Assembly: GCA_043228905.1 (NCBI GenBank) | Contig: JBHGNT010000009.1 | Location: 5,084,001-5,148,000, forward strand | From: Azolla caroliniana | Taxonomy: Eukaryota; Plantae; Polypodiophyta | Length of the DNA: 64,000 nucleotides | Direction of reading: 5' to 3' | Shown here: positions 1 through 12,159 of the stretch, piece after piece | Numbering within the stretch: position 1 is the stretch's first letter | How the letters are laid out: each line of letters opens with the position of its first letter | Program-made: the position numbers and the translations under genes | Notes under the pieces: model-generated | The model's database searches: none | What the model was told of the DNA's origin: nothing | Seen by the model: the letters and a program-made list of their open reading frames with translations, nothing else

Positions 1-2014
1 AGATTGTCCAAATTAAAGGTAATACTTGATCAAAAACCATTTCTACTTTTCCTTATTAATGAAGCATATCTATGAATAATTGCTTAAATATTAGATGAAA
101 CATATTACCTTAATTTGTATAATAATCATAGCTAATGAAACATCTAATTGAAGATTGTCCAAATTAAGGGTAATACTTGATCAAAAATCATTTCTACTTT
201 TCCTTATCAATGGTATTTGCTTTCTAACTAGAACTATAATTACCAAATTAAATTCTAATTTTGACAAATTAAGAGAACCTTAGCTCTAATTTGAAAGGAT
301 GGTGATTAACTCAAGTATCTATGGACAAATCTCATTTTGGAATTATTACTTCCGGGGTATGATAATGTACCTAAATCTTAATTTTCATGCAATTGGGAGT
401 AAGCTTTTGACCAAGCACAGATAATAATTTTTGAAAAGTAAATAGCATACATTTGTAACTCCCATAACATTTAAGCATATTTTGGCCAATTCCTTTAACA
501 AATTATTGAAGCCAAAGCTAACTAAAGCTCCCCTTTGATGTTTATTGTTCACAGAAACTAATCATTCCTAAGATGAGGCAACCACAAGTTTACTACGACA
601 TCTTACAAGATGCATGCTAAATATAGTGTATACTCGAGAAGGTTCAAAATATGAACAAAAAGGCTACAAAATTTTAGATGATACTAAGTGTAAAGGTATT
701 AGATTTAGCATGCCATAATACAAAGATATGAAGGTTTCATTCACTACCCTTCGACAATAAAAGAAAAAAACCTATTCTAGTAAAGTGATTAGTCACAATT
801 CATGAATGATACTCATTTTATATAGGAATCATTTGAAGGTTGCAACCCCTTACCACTATTTTCACATACTTACACTACCAAGAAAGATACTACTAGAACT
901 CAACATATTACATTATATTAATGGTTAATTATAAGTTTGGAGCTTCATGTTAATATGATCATATGGGAATGGTGGTTAACTTAATTATACATTATTAATA
1001 ATGACTAATTAAGAATAGGATAATGGAATAAACATACACCCATCCCCACAACTAATTGGAGCAATCATTTTTCAAAGCCTAAAATGTAGCATGTTTACGA
1101 AGGCCACATGGTTACAAAGTGCAATCTCCAATGAGCTACCTAATAACTAGCAATACCAATTTCAAAGAAATGCCTACCATGGTCAAGAATTACAATAGTG
1201 ATCTCAACGCTTTTAAAGAAATGGTGGATCCTTATAGTGTAACTTCTCATGAATATATCTGATTGTTAAACACAAGAATATGAAAATGTTTGTTTGATCA
1301 TGGAAACACATACAATGTGACAAAGTACGTGGTCATGTGTGAATGACCCTAGAGCCCTGACCTCAAAAGCTCAATTGTAAAAATGTACTCTAATTGCAAT
1401 TAGGACATCGTTCATATTTACATTTGAGAAACCTTGGGGGAAAAGCTATGTCGTTCCATCATGTATGACTTGAATATTAATCAATTAAATGTTCTACATA
1501 ACATACCATGTTCACGAACTCTTCAATACAAGACACCCATAGACTCTTCCAATGTATCAATTTTTATAACCTTCAAGGTTGCCATTAACATGACATGACT
1601 TGGAAATGATACCACGACTTGCTCCTATGATACACTACACTATCGAGATTGAGAAGAATGTGATAATAATCGAATGTAATAATGAATGCCAACAATATTT
1701 GTTCATTACAGCTTTTCCTTCTGGTATCCAAGAGTTCCAAAACTTCACAAAACAAAAAAGAAAATTGGTTCTTTGACATGCAGAAGGAAAAGAATTGATT
1801 TGATCGATTTAGTAGAAGTCGCACTAGTTAGTTAGAGATTGGAGGAAAATTTTGCTTTTGTTTGGGGGTGTGTGCATATGCTTTCCTCACTACAAAAGAA
1901 TGGAGTTATAAAAGAATGAAGATATGAAAGAATGGTGATTAGCACATATTAGAGTTGACTAAGAAAGTGCTTTGATTGTTTTAAGGGGAAAATAAAAAAG
2001 TTAGAGCTCGAATT

Positions 2015-2321
2015 TCATGTAGTTGTTGTAGGAGGCATGGCAACTTGCTTTGTGCATGCTTTCCTTGCTTTGGAGAGATGGAATTTGGGCTCTTTCGGGA
2101 TTGTTAGCTTCTTACTAGACCTACAATGGCATAAAAGCAAACGAGAATCCGTAATAAATAATAATGCAGCAATGTTGTTTAATACATTCAAGTTATATAT
2201 ATGCATGCATACATCGATATTGACATTGAATCACATGTAGAACACCCAAAAAAGAGGTCTACATATCTGGCATTATACATCTGTAGATACAACTGTATAT
2301 CTACATCTAAATACATTCATA

Positions 2322-2359
<38 letters not shown>

Positions 2360-2553
2360 TACATGAATGCATATAGACAAACATACAGTGTACATTCGAA
2401 TTCATGTTCACCTTTGTTGTCTGAATGTAGATACATATATATATATATATATACATAGACATCCAATACAGCATAATAGTACGGATGGGGTTTACGTGTG
2501 TGGCTAAATTAAGGTATCCTGAAACCATATGCATATTACATGCATAAATATAA

Positions 2554-2589
<36 letters not shown>

Positions 2590-5500
2590 AGAGAGATGCA
2601 TGCATACATACATACATACATACATACATACATACTCATATCAATTCTTGTTTACCTTTGTGGTCTAAATGGGTGGCCAAAGGAAGGCATTCTCAAGGCA
2701 TGGTGTCCCATATCCTGGTTTGATTGTTTTTCCTTCTTTGCAAATCCATTCTCCTTGAGAGCAATCCTTTCCTGTGGAAAAACAAATGAATGTTATAAAT
2801 TTTACATGCCAAGGAGATGAATGTTTTTGTGACAAAAATAAATAAATAGCATTTTGGGGGTTTTCAAGAATTCTTGGAAGGAGTAGAAGAATCTTACCTC
2901 AGTTCGGAATCGGAAAGGCTTAAATTGTTGTTGCACTGTAGAGCTCCTTAACTTTTTATGTTGCTCTTTACATGAAGCAGTATCAATGATAATGCTGCTA
3001 TTGGCCACCACTTTGGTCGGTGATTTCTTCACCAACAAATGGTTTTGATGGTAACATGTTGAAGAAAAGAGCGGCCGGCCATCAGAAAGGACCACCTGGA
3101 TAATTTGAATATTTATTAGTGGCTGGTCATAAATAAAATCATCTTAGAACTCAAATTGATTCAATCGGATGTACTAATTCTACTGGATGGTGATATAGAC
3201 CTTGTGCTCTTTGCTTGAGCAATTCACTTTGAAGTTGAGCTCGGAGCTCTTCCTGAAACAATGGAGTTGATTTTTTTGTATTAGCAAAACACATACATGT
3301 AGATAGTATAGACTATAATGAACAGATATATATACATGTTGTGTATTGTATACATACAAACATATGCCAAATATATGAGAATGAGAAACTAACCTCTTTG
3401 TTCCTTGAGTTCTTTTCCGTTGCTTCGGCATTTGAAGCTTCTCTACATTATCATTACACTCCCTCTCGATCGTTGCTTCATCAGCGGAATGTCTGCCCAC
3501 GATGTCCCTCATTCCATTGGGCAAAGTTTCATCAGAGCAATTTCTGCCCATGTTGCCTTTCATTCCGATCGACAACTTTTCACCTGCACAATGTCTGCTC
3601 TCGATGTTTTTCACTTTGATCGCCACCATTTCATCGGCAGAATCTCTTCCCACGACATCCCTCATTTCCATCGACAACGTCTCATCATGCAAAGGTATGC
3701 CACTTTGTGAGGCAGCTGTTTCCTCAATCTTTTCTTCACAATATTCCGTCTCATTACCTTGTACCAATTCATTGTCCGTCGTTCGGAGATTCAGGTTCAT
3801 TAGAGACATCTGTAAGCTCATTTCTAGAGTTTCTTCTTCGTGCTGTACATTATTAACTACCTTAACCTTAGATAATGGTGATGATGAAGATGACGACGGC
3901 ACATCAGTTCGATTATCTTCCATGCTCTGAGTAGAAACTACCGAACGAAGGCCAAGTCTTTGAGAATCAGCAACTTTTCGTGCAACTTGTGGAAAATTTA
4001 TCTTTTCACCTCGAGGAAGAGCCACTCTAAATCCACTCCTATCCTCTTTTATGTTGGCTACAACCCGAGGAGGAGGTGGTCTACAAGGAACAACGGAGTT
4101 CTCTTTCATATTACCAAGGTGAAGATTATGCATGGATCTCATTGTTGTTGTCGTTGTAATCCTTTTCGCCGTTGTAGCTTCAGCATTATTCGACCTCTTC
4201 AAAGATGCCATAGATGAGGTTAGTACATTTCTTCTTCCTCCCCCACCTGGCTTTTTCCCTTCATCTTTGCTTCCAAATGTAATCGTACTACTAGTGGTAG
4301 TAGAGGATTTGCTAAACACATCCACTGCAATGGCTTGAGGCTTCTCGCATGAGATTCCAAAAGATTCATCAAAAAGGTTCTGGGTCTTCCGAGAAATTCG
4401 TGGCACAATACTAGCTTCGTGGCAGATCCTGGAAGCTTCTCCAAAATTCCGAGCCTTCTGGGAGATTCCCGAAGATTCCTTGCAAGGAATCCTGGCCTTT
4501 TGGAGGACCGACGACGAAGCTTCTCCGAGAAGATTCCGGGTCTTCTGGGAGACGCTGGAAGTTCCGCCGAAAAGATTCCGAGCCTTGTGGGAGATTCCAG
4601 AAGCTTCGCGGGTAATGGGGTCCGCAGCTTTGTTGTCGAACATCTTCCCCTTTTGGGGAATTCCGGAAGCCTCTCGCACAACATGGTCGGCCTTGTTCTC
4701 GGACATCTTCATCTTCTTGTTATGTGCATACTCTGGAGGTTTGCCAAACAGGGGTATTTTCGATAACCCAACTTGGACCTTATTTGGGTTCTCATTCTCA
4801 CCCAAATGCTGATGTTGTTGTAGTTTTGCAAGTGATCTCGGTTTCTTTTTCGTGTTCTTGTTGTCAGTTTCACACTGGTGGAGCTCTGACACCATTGTGG
4901 AGTGATGTAAAAATACCCTGTTTTCTGTAAAAGCTTCTTTTATCTCTGAAATTGAAGAGACGGAGCATGATTGAGCCATAGCTCTTCCCTTCTTTCCACA
5001 ATCACTGCATGCATAAATCCATATGTAAAACATTAGGATCAAGTCTTGCAAAGAAAGAGATGAATGATTTGAAAGGTTTCCTTTTTCTTTTTCTTGTAAA
5101 GTGTTTTTGGAACTTACATAACATTTGGCTTCTTAGCCACATTTTGAGCTGAATTTTGAAGAGGAAAAATGTCCTCCTGTGTCAGTTAAATAAGCAGGCT
5201 ACAATTAGAGAAGCGAAAAGAATTTTATCAACTAGAATTTTAGCTAGGAAAGGAGGAAATGTTTAAAGAATTGGGCATACAAAACAGGGAGCAAGCTGTA
5301 TTGAAATGAAGAAGAACTTTAATGACATTCTAATCAGGCTTTCACTAGGAAAAGAAATAGAAAAAATCCTCGATTAAAAACTATGTTAGTTTTTTTACCT
5401 GAATTACTTCAATCTTTCTATCATGATGAGTGCAACCTGCAAAAGAGAAAAAAGATAAATAAATAAATAAAACAAATGAAACCAAGCACAAAGTTGGGCT

Positions 5501-5680
5501 TTTACTACAAATCAAAGCAAAAGAGAGCTAACCAGATTTAGCACAAAACCATTCAAAATCATCAATAGGTTGGGAGGGCGCACAGAAATCAATCCATTTC
5601 GGGGCTTGGATATTCTCGTAGAATTCATCCCGAACAAAAGTATGATCGATGTTATCCCAATCGATCTGCAAACAATCCAT
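2015..5680 (-). CDS. TPX2-motif microtubule-associated protein (TPX2-like), ~775 aa, 8 exons
   Basis: Exons 5680-5533, 5436-5399, 5176-5118, 5004-3394, 3252-3201, 3095-2898, 2771-2656, 2120-2015; all GT-AG, phases consistent, total 2328 nt. N-terminal DEFYENIQAPKWIDF...DDFEWFC resembles the TPX2 Aurora-binding motif. C-terminal KPFRFRTEERIALKE and PFRPQRSSKKLTIPKEPKFH are TPX2-type motifs and are only completed across splice junctions, which supports the model. Confidence 0.8.
3465..3690 (-). repeat. Coding 51-bp (17-aa) degenerate tandem repeat in exon 4 of the TPX2-like gene
   Basis: ttcatc-like anchors recur at 3477, 3528, 3579, 3630, 3681; peptide DETLSMEMRDVVGRDSA-like, ~4.5 copies. Confidence 0.8.
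4340..4715 (-). repeat. Coding ~13-14-aa degenerate repeat (EASGISQKARNLFG-like) in exon 4 of the TPX2-like gene
   Basis: REASGIPQKG, REASGISHKARNLF, GTSSVSQKTRNLL, EASSSVLQKAR, KESSGISQKARNF, ISRKTQNLFDESFGIS in the 3180..5051 ORF. Confidence 0.75.
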
Positions 5681-5944
5681 GAAGTGATTGATTGGGTTGG
5701 GGGGGGGGGGGGGGGGGGGGGAGTAAAAGATCAAAAATGAGCGTTGGGACAGCTGAATTTAGCGGTTTTAAGGGGAATAAATTGTGTTCAGGTGATTGAT
5801 TAATGAGGAGATCTTCAAGAAAGGAGAAGATGCAGCTGATGATGATAGAGATGAGCGGAGAAACAGAGTGATGGGCGATGAATTGGGAGGAGAAATAAAA
5901 GAGAGAAGAGAAGAGGAGGCAGGAGGAGGCAGAGGGGGGGGCTA

Positions 5945-6052
5945 ACAACGGTCTTCTAATGAAGGAAGATGGGCTCTCTCTCTCTCTCTCATTTGGGCAG
6001 AGTCTCTCTGAGAAGAAGAAAGGCATTGCTTGGCCTTAGCCTAGCCGTTGGG
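5945..6052. promoter_or_regulatory. Two MSA-like (AACGG core) elements upstream of the TPX2-like gene
   Basis: ACAACGGTCT at 5945-5954 (+) and CCCAACGGCT at 6052-6043 (-). MSA elements are MYB3R sites of G2/M genes. Confidence 0.5.
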
Positions 6053-7260
6053 GAAGGGCCCAAGGCCACCTCTTGGGCGCTTTCACACTTGGGCCGGACT
6101 CCTCCCAAAGACCGTCTCGGTCTCGCGCGCGTAATGTATTGTCGCCCGCGAGAGAGAGACATCGGATCATGTATAGTTCGAATGACCGATCGGATCGGAG
6201 ATCAGTCGGTGCAGTGCCTCGAGACTTCGACCATGTCGACCCCCCCCCCCCCCCCCCCCTTTGACACGCTGATGATCATCATCATCTGCAGCACCACCAG
6301 CAACAACAGATACAAACAGCACCAGCGAACACTAGCATAGGTGATGAATCAAAGAAAAGAACTTGGAACGTCGGGTTTCGGGATCTTAGGGTTTGGGGTT
6401 TGGGGTTTTAGGTGGCCCCCGAGAACTGAAGGAACGTGGACGGAGGAGATTGAAGAATATTGCCATCCATGGGGATTAAAGAGGTGAGAATGTGGAAAGA
6501 CCCCCACATCCCTCTCGAGAAAAGGTCGCCGGTGATGATTTCTTTAGTACGCATTATGGATTGTTGAATGTAAAAATGTATGCATCATGGCACCGTGACC
6601 TGGGCACACATGATGGTGTTGCTCATTCAAGAGAGAAAGGCATATTGTATGCATGATGGTTGATGATAAAAAAAAAAGCAAAGGATCATACTCGAAAATA
6701 GTTGGGTGTACCTCAAAGGTATGCAGCAATGCTTTGTGAGTGAGGATCATCCTATCTCACAACAAATGCCCATTGTAAAGCAAATGAAGAAAACTTATAA
6801 AATAAGGATGTGCTTGAAGACAAAAAGATAGGCAATATATGGACATGTTACCTATGGGACCAATTCACGTCTTCCACATCTATGCATTTGGAATTGCAAT
6901 GGATACCCCTAGAATGTCACTTTTGGCATAGAAGATTCTTCTTGAAACTTGGGAGCATGATACTCAAAGGGTTCAAGGTTTTGGCAACTACAATATACAC
7001 TCCTTGATTTGGTTAAAAGTTCCACGACAACGAACAGGACAAGGAGGGGTAGCATCTTTGACTAAGATGGAATTAGATAAATATGTACATATTGACCATA
7101 AACAATGATGAACATATTGTATTACATATGGCTTCAAATAGCAAAACCAAAATATATGCCCACTTCTGTAGTTGGATGCTACATTCCTCATCAAGATTTT
7201 GATTTCTTTGCTTGTTTGGATAAACACCAAATGTTTGCCAATCTAGAAGATCATATTTCT

Positions 7261-7686
7261 TGTCTTTTCTTTTTTCAAAACAAATTATCCTTCCTTTAGT
7301 TATAAATATCATACAAAGTATTTTTTCTCAAGCCCGTCTTGTGTAGACAACGGTTGAGGAAAGAAATCTATGTACTCCAACATAGAGAAAACCACCCAAC
7401 AATTACAATCTATTCCCTAAACACATTGCAAGGTATCCATATCCATAAGCAACAACAAAAGTAGCTCTATTCAGAAATAAACCCTCTCAGGTCATAGTTA
7501 TGAGCCATTCAATACTTCTTCAACCTATACATCTTGGCTTTGAAGGCGATTAACTACGTTCTTTGGTGTTTCAAGAGAACCGCTTTCAACATTCGTGGTT
7601 GTAAAGTCAACAACTATGCTTCCTCTTTCCCCATCAACCATCTTGCCGGATTATCACCAAATTCTTGTACATTTAACAACAAATTA
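7261..7686 (-). mobile_element. Probable 5'-truncated LINE 3' fragment inserted in the LINE endonuclease region
   Basis: Flanked by the near-identical direct repeat aagatcatatt(t/a)ctt (~7246-7260 and ~7687-7701); T-rich tail on + at the left end. Confidence 0.5.
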
Positions 7687-7783
7687 AAGATCATATTACT
7701 TATTTCAAACACAAGGGGGGAATTATTGTCTTAGGTGACATGAATGCTCATACAATAAGTTTGCAACTTGATTTCATGCCATA

Positions 7784-8398
7784 TGTGGGGTTTTTATGTA
7801 CACGACATAGAGAACACTCAATGAATCAATGGAGTTATGCCTCCATTTACCCTATTAGTAGAGAATTGGGCAAGCATGGTTACCACCCACTCTCAAGCCT
7901 CTAGTCTTGAAACCCTAGTCTAACTAGTTATCACACTCGTTCTCTCCCGTGTTACTCTCTATTAATAGAAGATTACCACTAAGCACACGTGTACATAAGA
8001 AGAGTACACGATAAGACAAACGCCACTTCTATTATGAAGAATGTATACGACACATATACAACTTAGAGGAAGAGTGATTAGGTATTGACTAATTAGCGCT
8101 TAACCTTAATCACTCTTTAGTTTAAGTGAAAGATTGAGAAGAAAGAATTAAAGCTCTAGTTACAAGTATGTGAAGGAAGAAAACTCAAGCAAGAAGAACT
8201 ACCCAAGTCATCAAATTGTGACTTTTATAGCTTTTTACAATGGGGTTGGGCCTCTTTTGCATTAAAATAGTCATTTGCCTTCTAGTTTTGGGTGAGATTT
8301 ACACATCCCCCTTTTTCTAATGTTCCTTTTGAGCTCTTCCTATGTATCCATGTGTCGATGTCTTTATAGTTCTTGTCCCAAATGGCAAGTTCTTAACA
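7784..8398. mobile_element. Solo LTR (TG...CA), 615 bp
   Basis: Starts tgtgggg, ends ttaaca; flanked by ccata/ccaca (5-bp TSD, 1 mismatch); interrupts the LINE. Confidence 0.55.
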
Positions 8399-8729
8399 CC
8401 ACACATCTCAAGGATGTAAGAGGATATACAAATGTATAATCACTCTCTATTAATGAAAAAGATTTGGATCAATTTGGGAAGTTACTCCTACAAATGTGCA
8501 ATAGTACTGCAATGCTTATTGCAAATGATATATCCTTATGGCCCAATACTAATGATTATACATGTAGAAAACACAATGGAAATGGTGTGTTGAACTATGT
8601 GCTACTTTAGAAGGTATCTTGGATCACATGCATAAATTTGGACTTGGTGACTAGACATTGGAATCAGATCATTGAACTTTCTGTATTGACCTCCAATGTA
8701 TCGAAAGATTAGAGTGTGAGAAGACCATT

Positions 8730-9205
8730 GAATTAGAATTTTTATCGTCCACAAAGAGGCCAATTTTGACCTATGGGACTAGAGTATACATGTGTTCTTG
8801 ATATTATATGCCTCCTTCCTAAGAAGGGGTATTCATACATTGAAGCATAAAGTCTCTATGTGTGAATAAAGCATACACATATGAGCCCAACCTTCTGGGT
8901 GGTGTCTTAAGTATGGCACTTAAGTTATCACTCCCTCTTAGTATGTCAGCATATCTTGAACGAATTGCACTATATGTTGAGCATGTGAAGAGCAAGTGAC
9001 ATTCATCCTCTACCATGCCTTCATTGCATACCTTACATGTTTTCAAATTCGTTACATTTTGATACCATGATGCAACTTCAATACCTAATTTATGAGATCG
9101 AGTGTGAAGTAGTGTAAGGGCTCTATGAGCATTACTACTCATATTGGTAATGAGATAAGGTTGGAATGCACTAAAAAGGGAAGAATGTGGGAAGTTACTC
9201 ACTAA
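8730..9205 (-). mobile_element. LINE 3' fragment (C-terminal zinc-finger region) in antisense inside the LINE
   Basis: ORF 8819..9211 RSHKLGIE...CKVCNEGMVEDECHLLFTC is a typical non-LTR ORF2 C-terminal CCHC motif. Confidence 0.7.
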
Positions 9206-10377
9206 TGACAAAACTATTTGGGTGTATAATGGAATTTGGGCTGGAAAAATTTGGGAGAGATCTTATGGACAAGTTGGCTTCAAAAACACCATAGCACCAT
9301 CGATCACCTTGACACCCTTCGAGTCTTAATGGAAGAAAATCACTTGAGAGGTAAAAGTTTATAATGTTGCTTCCGCAAACTTCAAGAAAGCTTTTTATAT
9401 AGTACATTGTGAGCATCTTTGGAGGTGCATGGAAGAACTTGGGGTGCCAAGTGAATAATATATGTTTGCAATTGTCTAGAATCTACAAGAAGGTTATATG
9501 TTGTGTGCATATGGGCGAGCACTATTGATGTTAAGCAAAGATTCCCACTCTCACCAACTCTATTTGGTCTATTAATTGATGACTACAACACATGATTGTC
9601 AAGTTTGTAAAGGAAGAAAACATTGAAGAAGTTGTCATTGGGAATATAGTCATCATGTTTTTGTTGTATGCATATAATGTGATACTTTCTGCAAACACTT
9701 TAGGAGATACATTAAAGCTTTTGAGGTCATTGGAAGAGTTTTGCATGCACGCTAAGTTGAGTTCCAATAGCTCTAAAACAAAGATTATGCTTGTGAAGAG
9801 CCAAAATAAGGACAAACCATGCATCATGTACAATAATGAGCCGCTTGAAACTATGGAAAGCTTTAAATACCTTGACCTTGAAGTTCCTTCACATCATAGA
9901 TGGAATAGATGTATTACCTACCATATAGAGACAAGAAAGAGAGCACATTATGCATTTGAGATCATATGCACTTACAAAGAAATTAAGTGTTGGGTCCTTA
10001 AAGAAATATATTTCGACATTGATGCTTTTCTATGGGGCAGTAATATTTCTAAGTCCACTTGGAAAAAAACATTTTTTTATAAAGTTTCTCCAATTCAAGG
10101 AAAAAACACCATAACCCTCCTACTTCTTGAGATGAGATTACTTCCAATTGAGATCATGGTCATGGAAAGGGTTGTTGATACATGCTTAAGGTTCAAAAAA
10201 GTCCCTCACATCGACATCCAAAAGGGTTGTTGATATGAGAAGCAAGCAAAAGATCCAAAAGACACATAAAAGAAAATGTTGTGTTCCGATATGATGCAAG
10301 ATCTGCAAAATGGTTTGGAATATGGGATGCAACACACTTGCTTCATAATGCATTAACAGATTCCTTTGTGAATAAGG

Positions 10378-10800
10378 TGTAAAAGTTAATATGTGGAAGC
10401 TTAGATAAACCGGCTCAGCCGGATAACAATAGTAAAATAGAAATGAAGGTTTAATGGAAGCTTCAGAATACACAATACATGGGAGAGACAGAGAAAGGAA
10501 AATAGCATAAACTCAATTCAAAATAATAACACTTTGTACATACAAATGTCCTACATAACACTTTTTATACAAGTCCTTAAAAGGATTGACAAGTACTTCA
10601 ATGCTCATATGAGTGACTGACACTAACTCCAAGGAATATGCCTACATACTAGGCTAAGATTGTAGGCCTCTAACAGACTATCGGTTACCATTCGATCTGG
10701 CTCTTGGTTTAGGATACCTATCCGGTTCTCCGTTTCGGATACCGATCTGACTCCAGCTTATTCAGCCGATCTGGATCCGGTTGAGTTTGTCCGCTCAACA
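10378..10800. mobile_element. Solo LTR, 423 bp, 4-bp TSD AAGG
   Basis: aagg|tgtaaaag...ccgctcaaca|aagg. Removing it restores continuity with the homologous LINE copy at ~45010-45040. Confidence 0.75.
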
Positions 10801-11690
10801 AAGGTCTTTTTCCAATGCCAATATATCATGACATGGGAAAATATGGAGGCTCTCACTTCACACATTACACTAAATATGTTGCACGTAACTACAAAACCAT
10901 GTTCTTCGCCAAATGGGGGAACCACACACGTCAATAAATGTTACACTCATCCCATTGTCTGCCATCCAAACCATCGCTTCCATTCGACTTAGCTCACAAT
11001 CATTACAATGTGAGACATGATGTTGGGCTATAAGTGATGAGAATAATCAACTATGTATACTTTTCCCTAAACAAGTTGGGGAGTCTAAGTATCATGGTTT
11101 GATATAATATTGTACCTTTAATCACATCTAATTATGCTTTCCACACATCTTGGAAAAAACCCAATCTTTGCATGAATTTCTCTCATAGTCATGATGCACA
11201 CTCTTGATTGTGACATTCACTAGTAAAGTTCTTGAACATCGAGCGTCTCTACTCACTTTAACATATAATACATGAAAATGTTATATTTTTTGTTGTATAA
11301 TTCATATTTTAGGTTCGAAGATCATAATAAAATCTCTCTCTCTTATCATAATTAACTTACCCTAGTGGTAAGTTGTGATAATTACTAGCACTATGTCACT
11401 ATGTATTGGGTTTGCAACCCAATTTTTTCACCTCTTTATTGCTCTATTATCTATACACATCTCTTAATTTACTAGATGTCATTATAGAATGTAGCTAAGC
11501 TCTCTCTTTCCCCCTCTTTAATACTAGATTATTTTTCTCATAAATCACAATTAGTTTCTCATATACGTTAAAACAAATATGTATGTATGTATGTATGTAT
11601 TTATCCATTACACACAAGGGCATGAAATTTGCTTCACTTTTATTTATGTGGATTTTGTTGATCTCAAAACAACGTGCCGATGCAAGACAT

Positions 11691-12159
11691 TATGCTCTTC
11701 ACATAATTGTGGACCGGGGAGAGTTAAGTCCGGATAGATAACATTAATATAGATCATTATTATTAAGGAAATGACAGATCCGGATAGTTGTACCGATCCA
11801 AATCCGCACCGTTTTGTAGTCGGTAGCCGGATAGGCACTGTTTTGTATTGTCTACCGGATGCTTATATAAAGGATTCAGATCGATGTATCTTTATGGAAG
11901 TAATGCGAGTTTAAGTATTGTTGTCTATTCTATTGTATGTAGCATCTTGTGTACATGCCATCTGTGCTATAATTTCCAATCTTACGCGTGTAATTAAGAT
12001 TCGGGTAAGTGTGATTCCGGAAGGCATTCCGGAAAGTAACCGGATAGTGTTAAGTGCACGAGTGCCGAATTATCATCCATATCTCCGACCACCCCTTTGG
12101 ATACGTGTTCCGGAAGTGAACACCCTATGTTTGTGGCTAGTCTGGCCCAGCATTTAACA
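11691..12159. mobile_element. Solo LTR, 469 bp, 5-bp TSD GACAT
   Basis: gacat|tatgctc...catttaaca|gacat; CCGG-rich U3-like region and TATA (tatataaa ~11865). 5' TG appears mutated to TA. Confidence 0.65.

Larger units (their letters stand above)
6550..11344 (+). mobile_element. Degenerate LINE (APE endonuclease + RT + C-terminal region) interrupted by nested insertions
   Basis: LETWEHD..GQGGVA (~6940-7055), GCYIP, IVLGDMNAH (~7720-7750), HSTIDHL..LRVL, FKKAF, VKQ..PLSPTLFG, LLYA(D/Y)xVIL, FKYL. 3' end aaaatctctctctc at ~11329-11343. 5' boundary approximate. Confidence 0.75.

Noticed and set aside
1-1900. Possible decayed gene or TE (and similar debris at 12165-14700, 22900-24060, 49000-50950)
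   Set aside because: I could not assemble an open spliced model or recognise a reliable motif. A translated database search is needed.
2201-2820. ORFs with YI/TH/CV runs (also 18138-18482, 39074-40024, 44337-44588, 47611-47811)
   Set aside because: These are translations of microsatellites or antisense low-complexity sequence.
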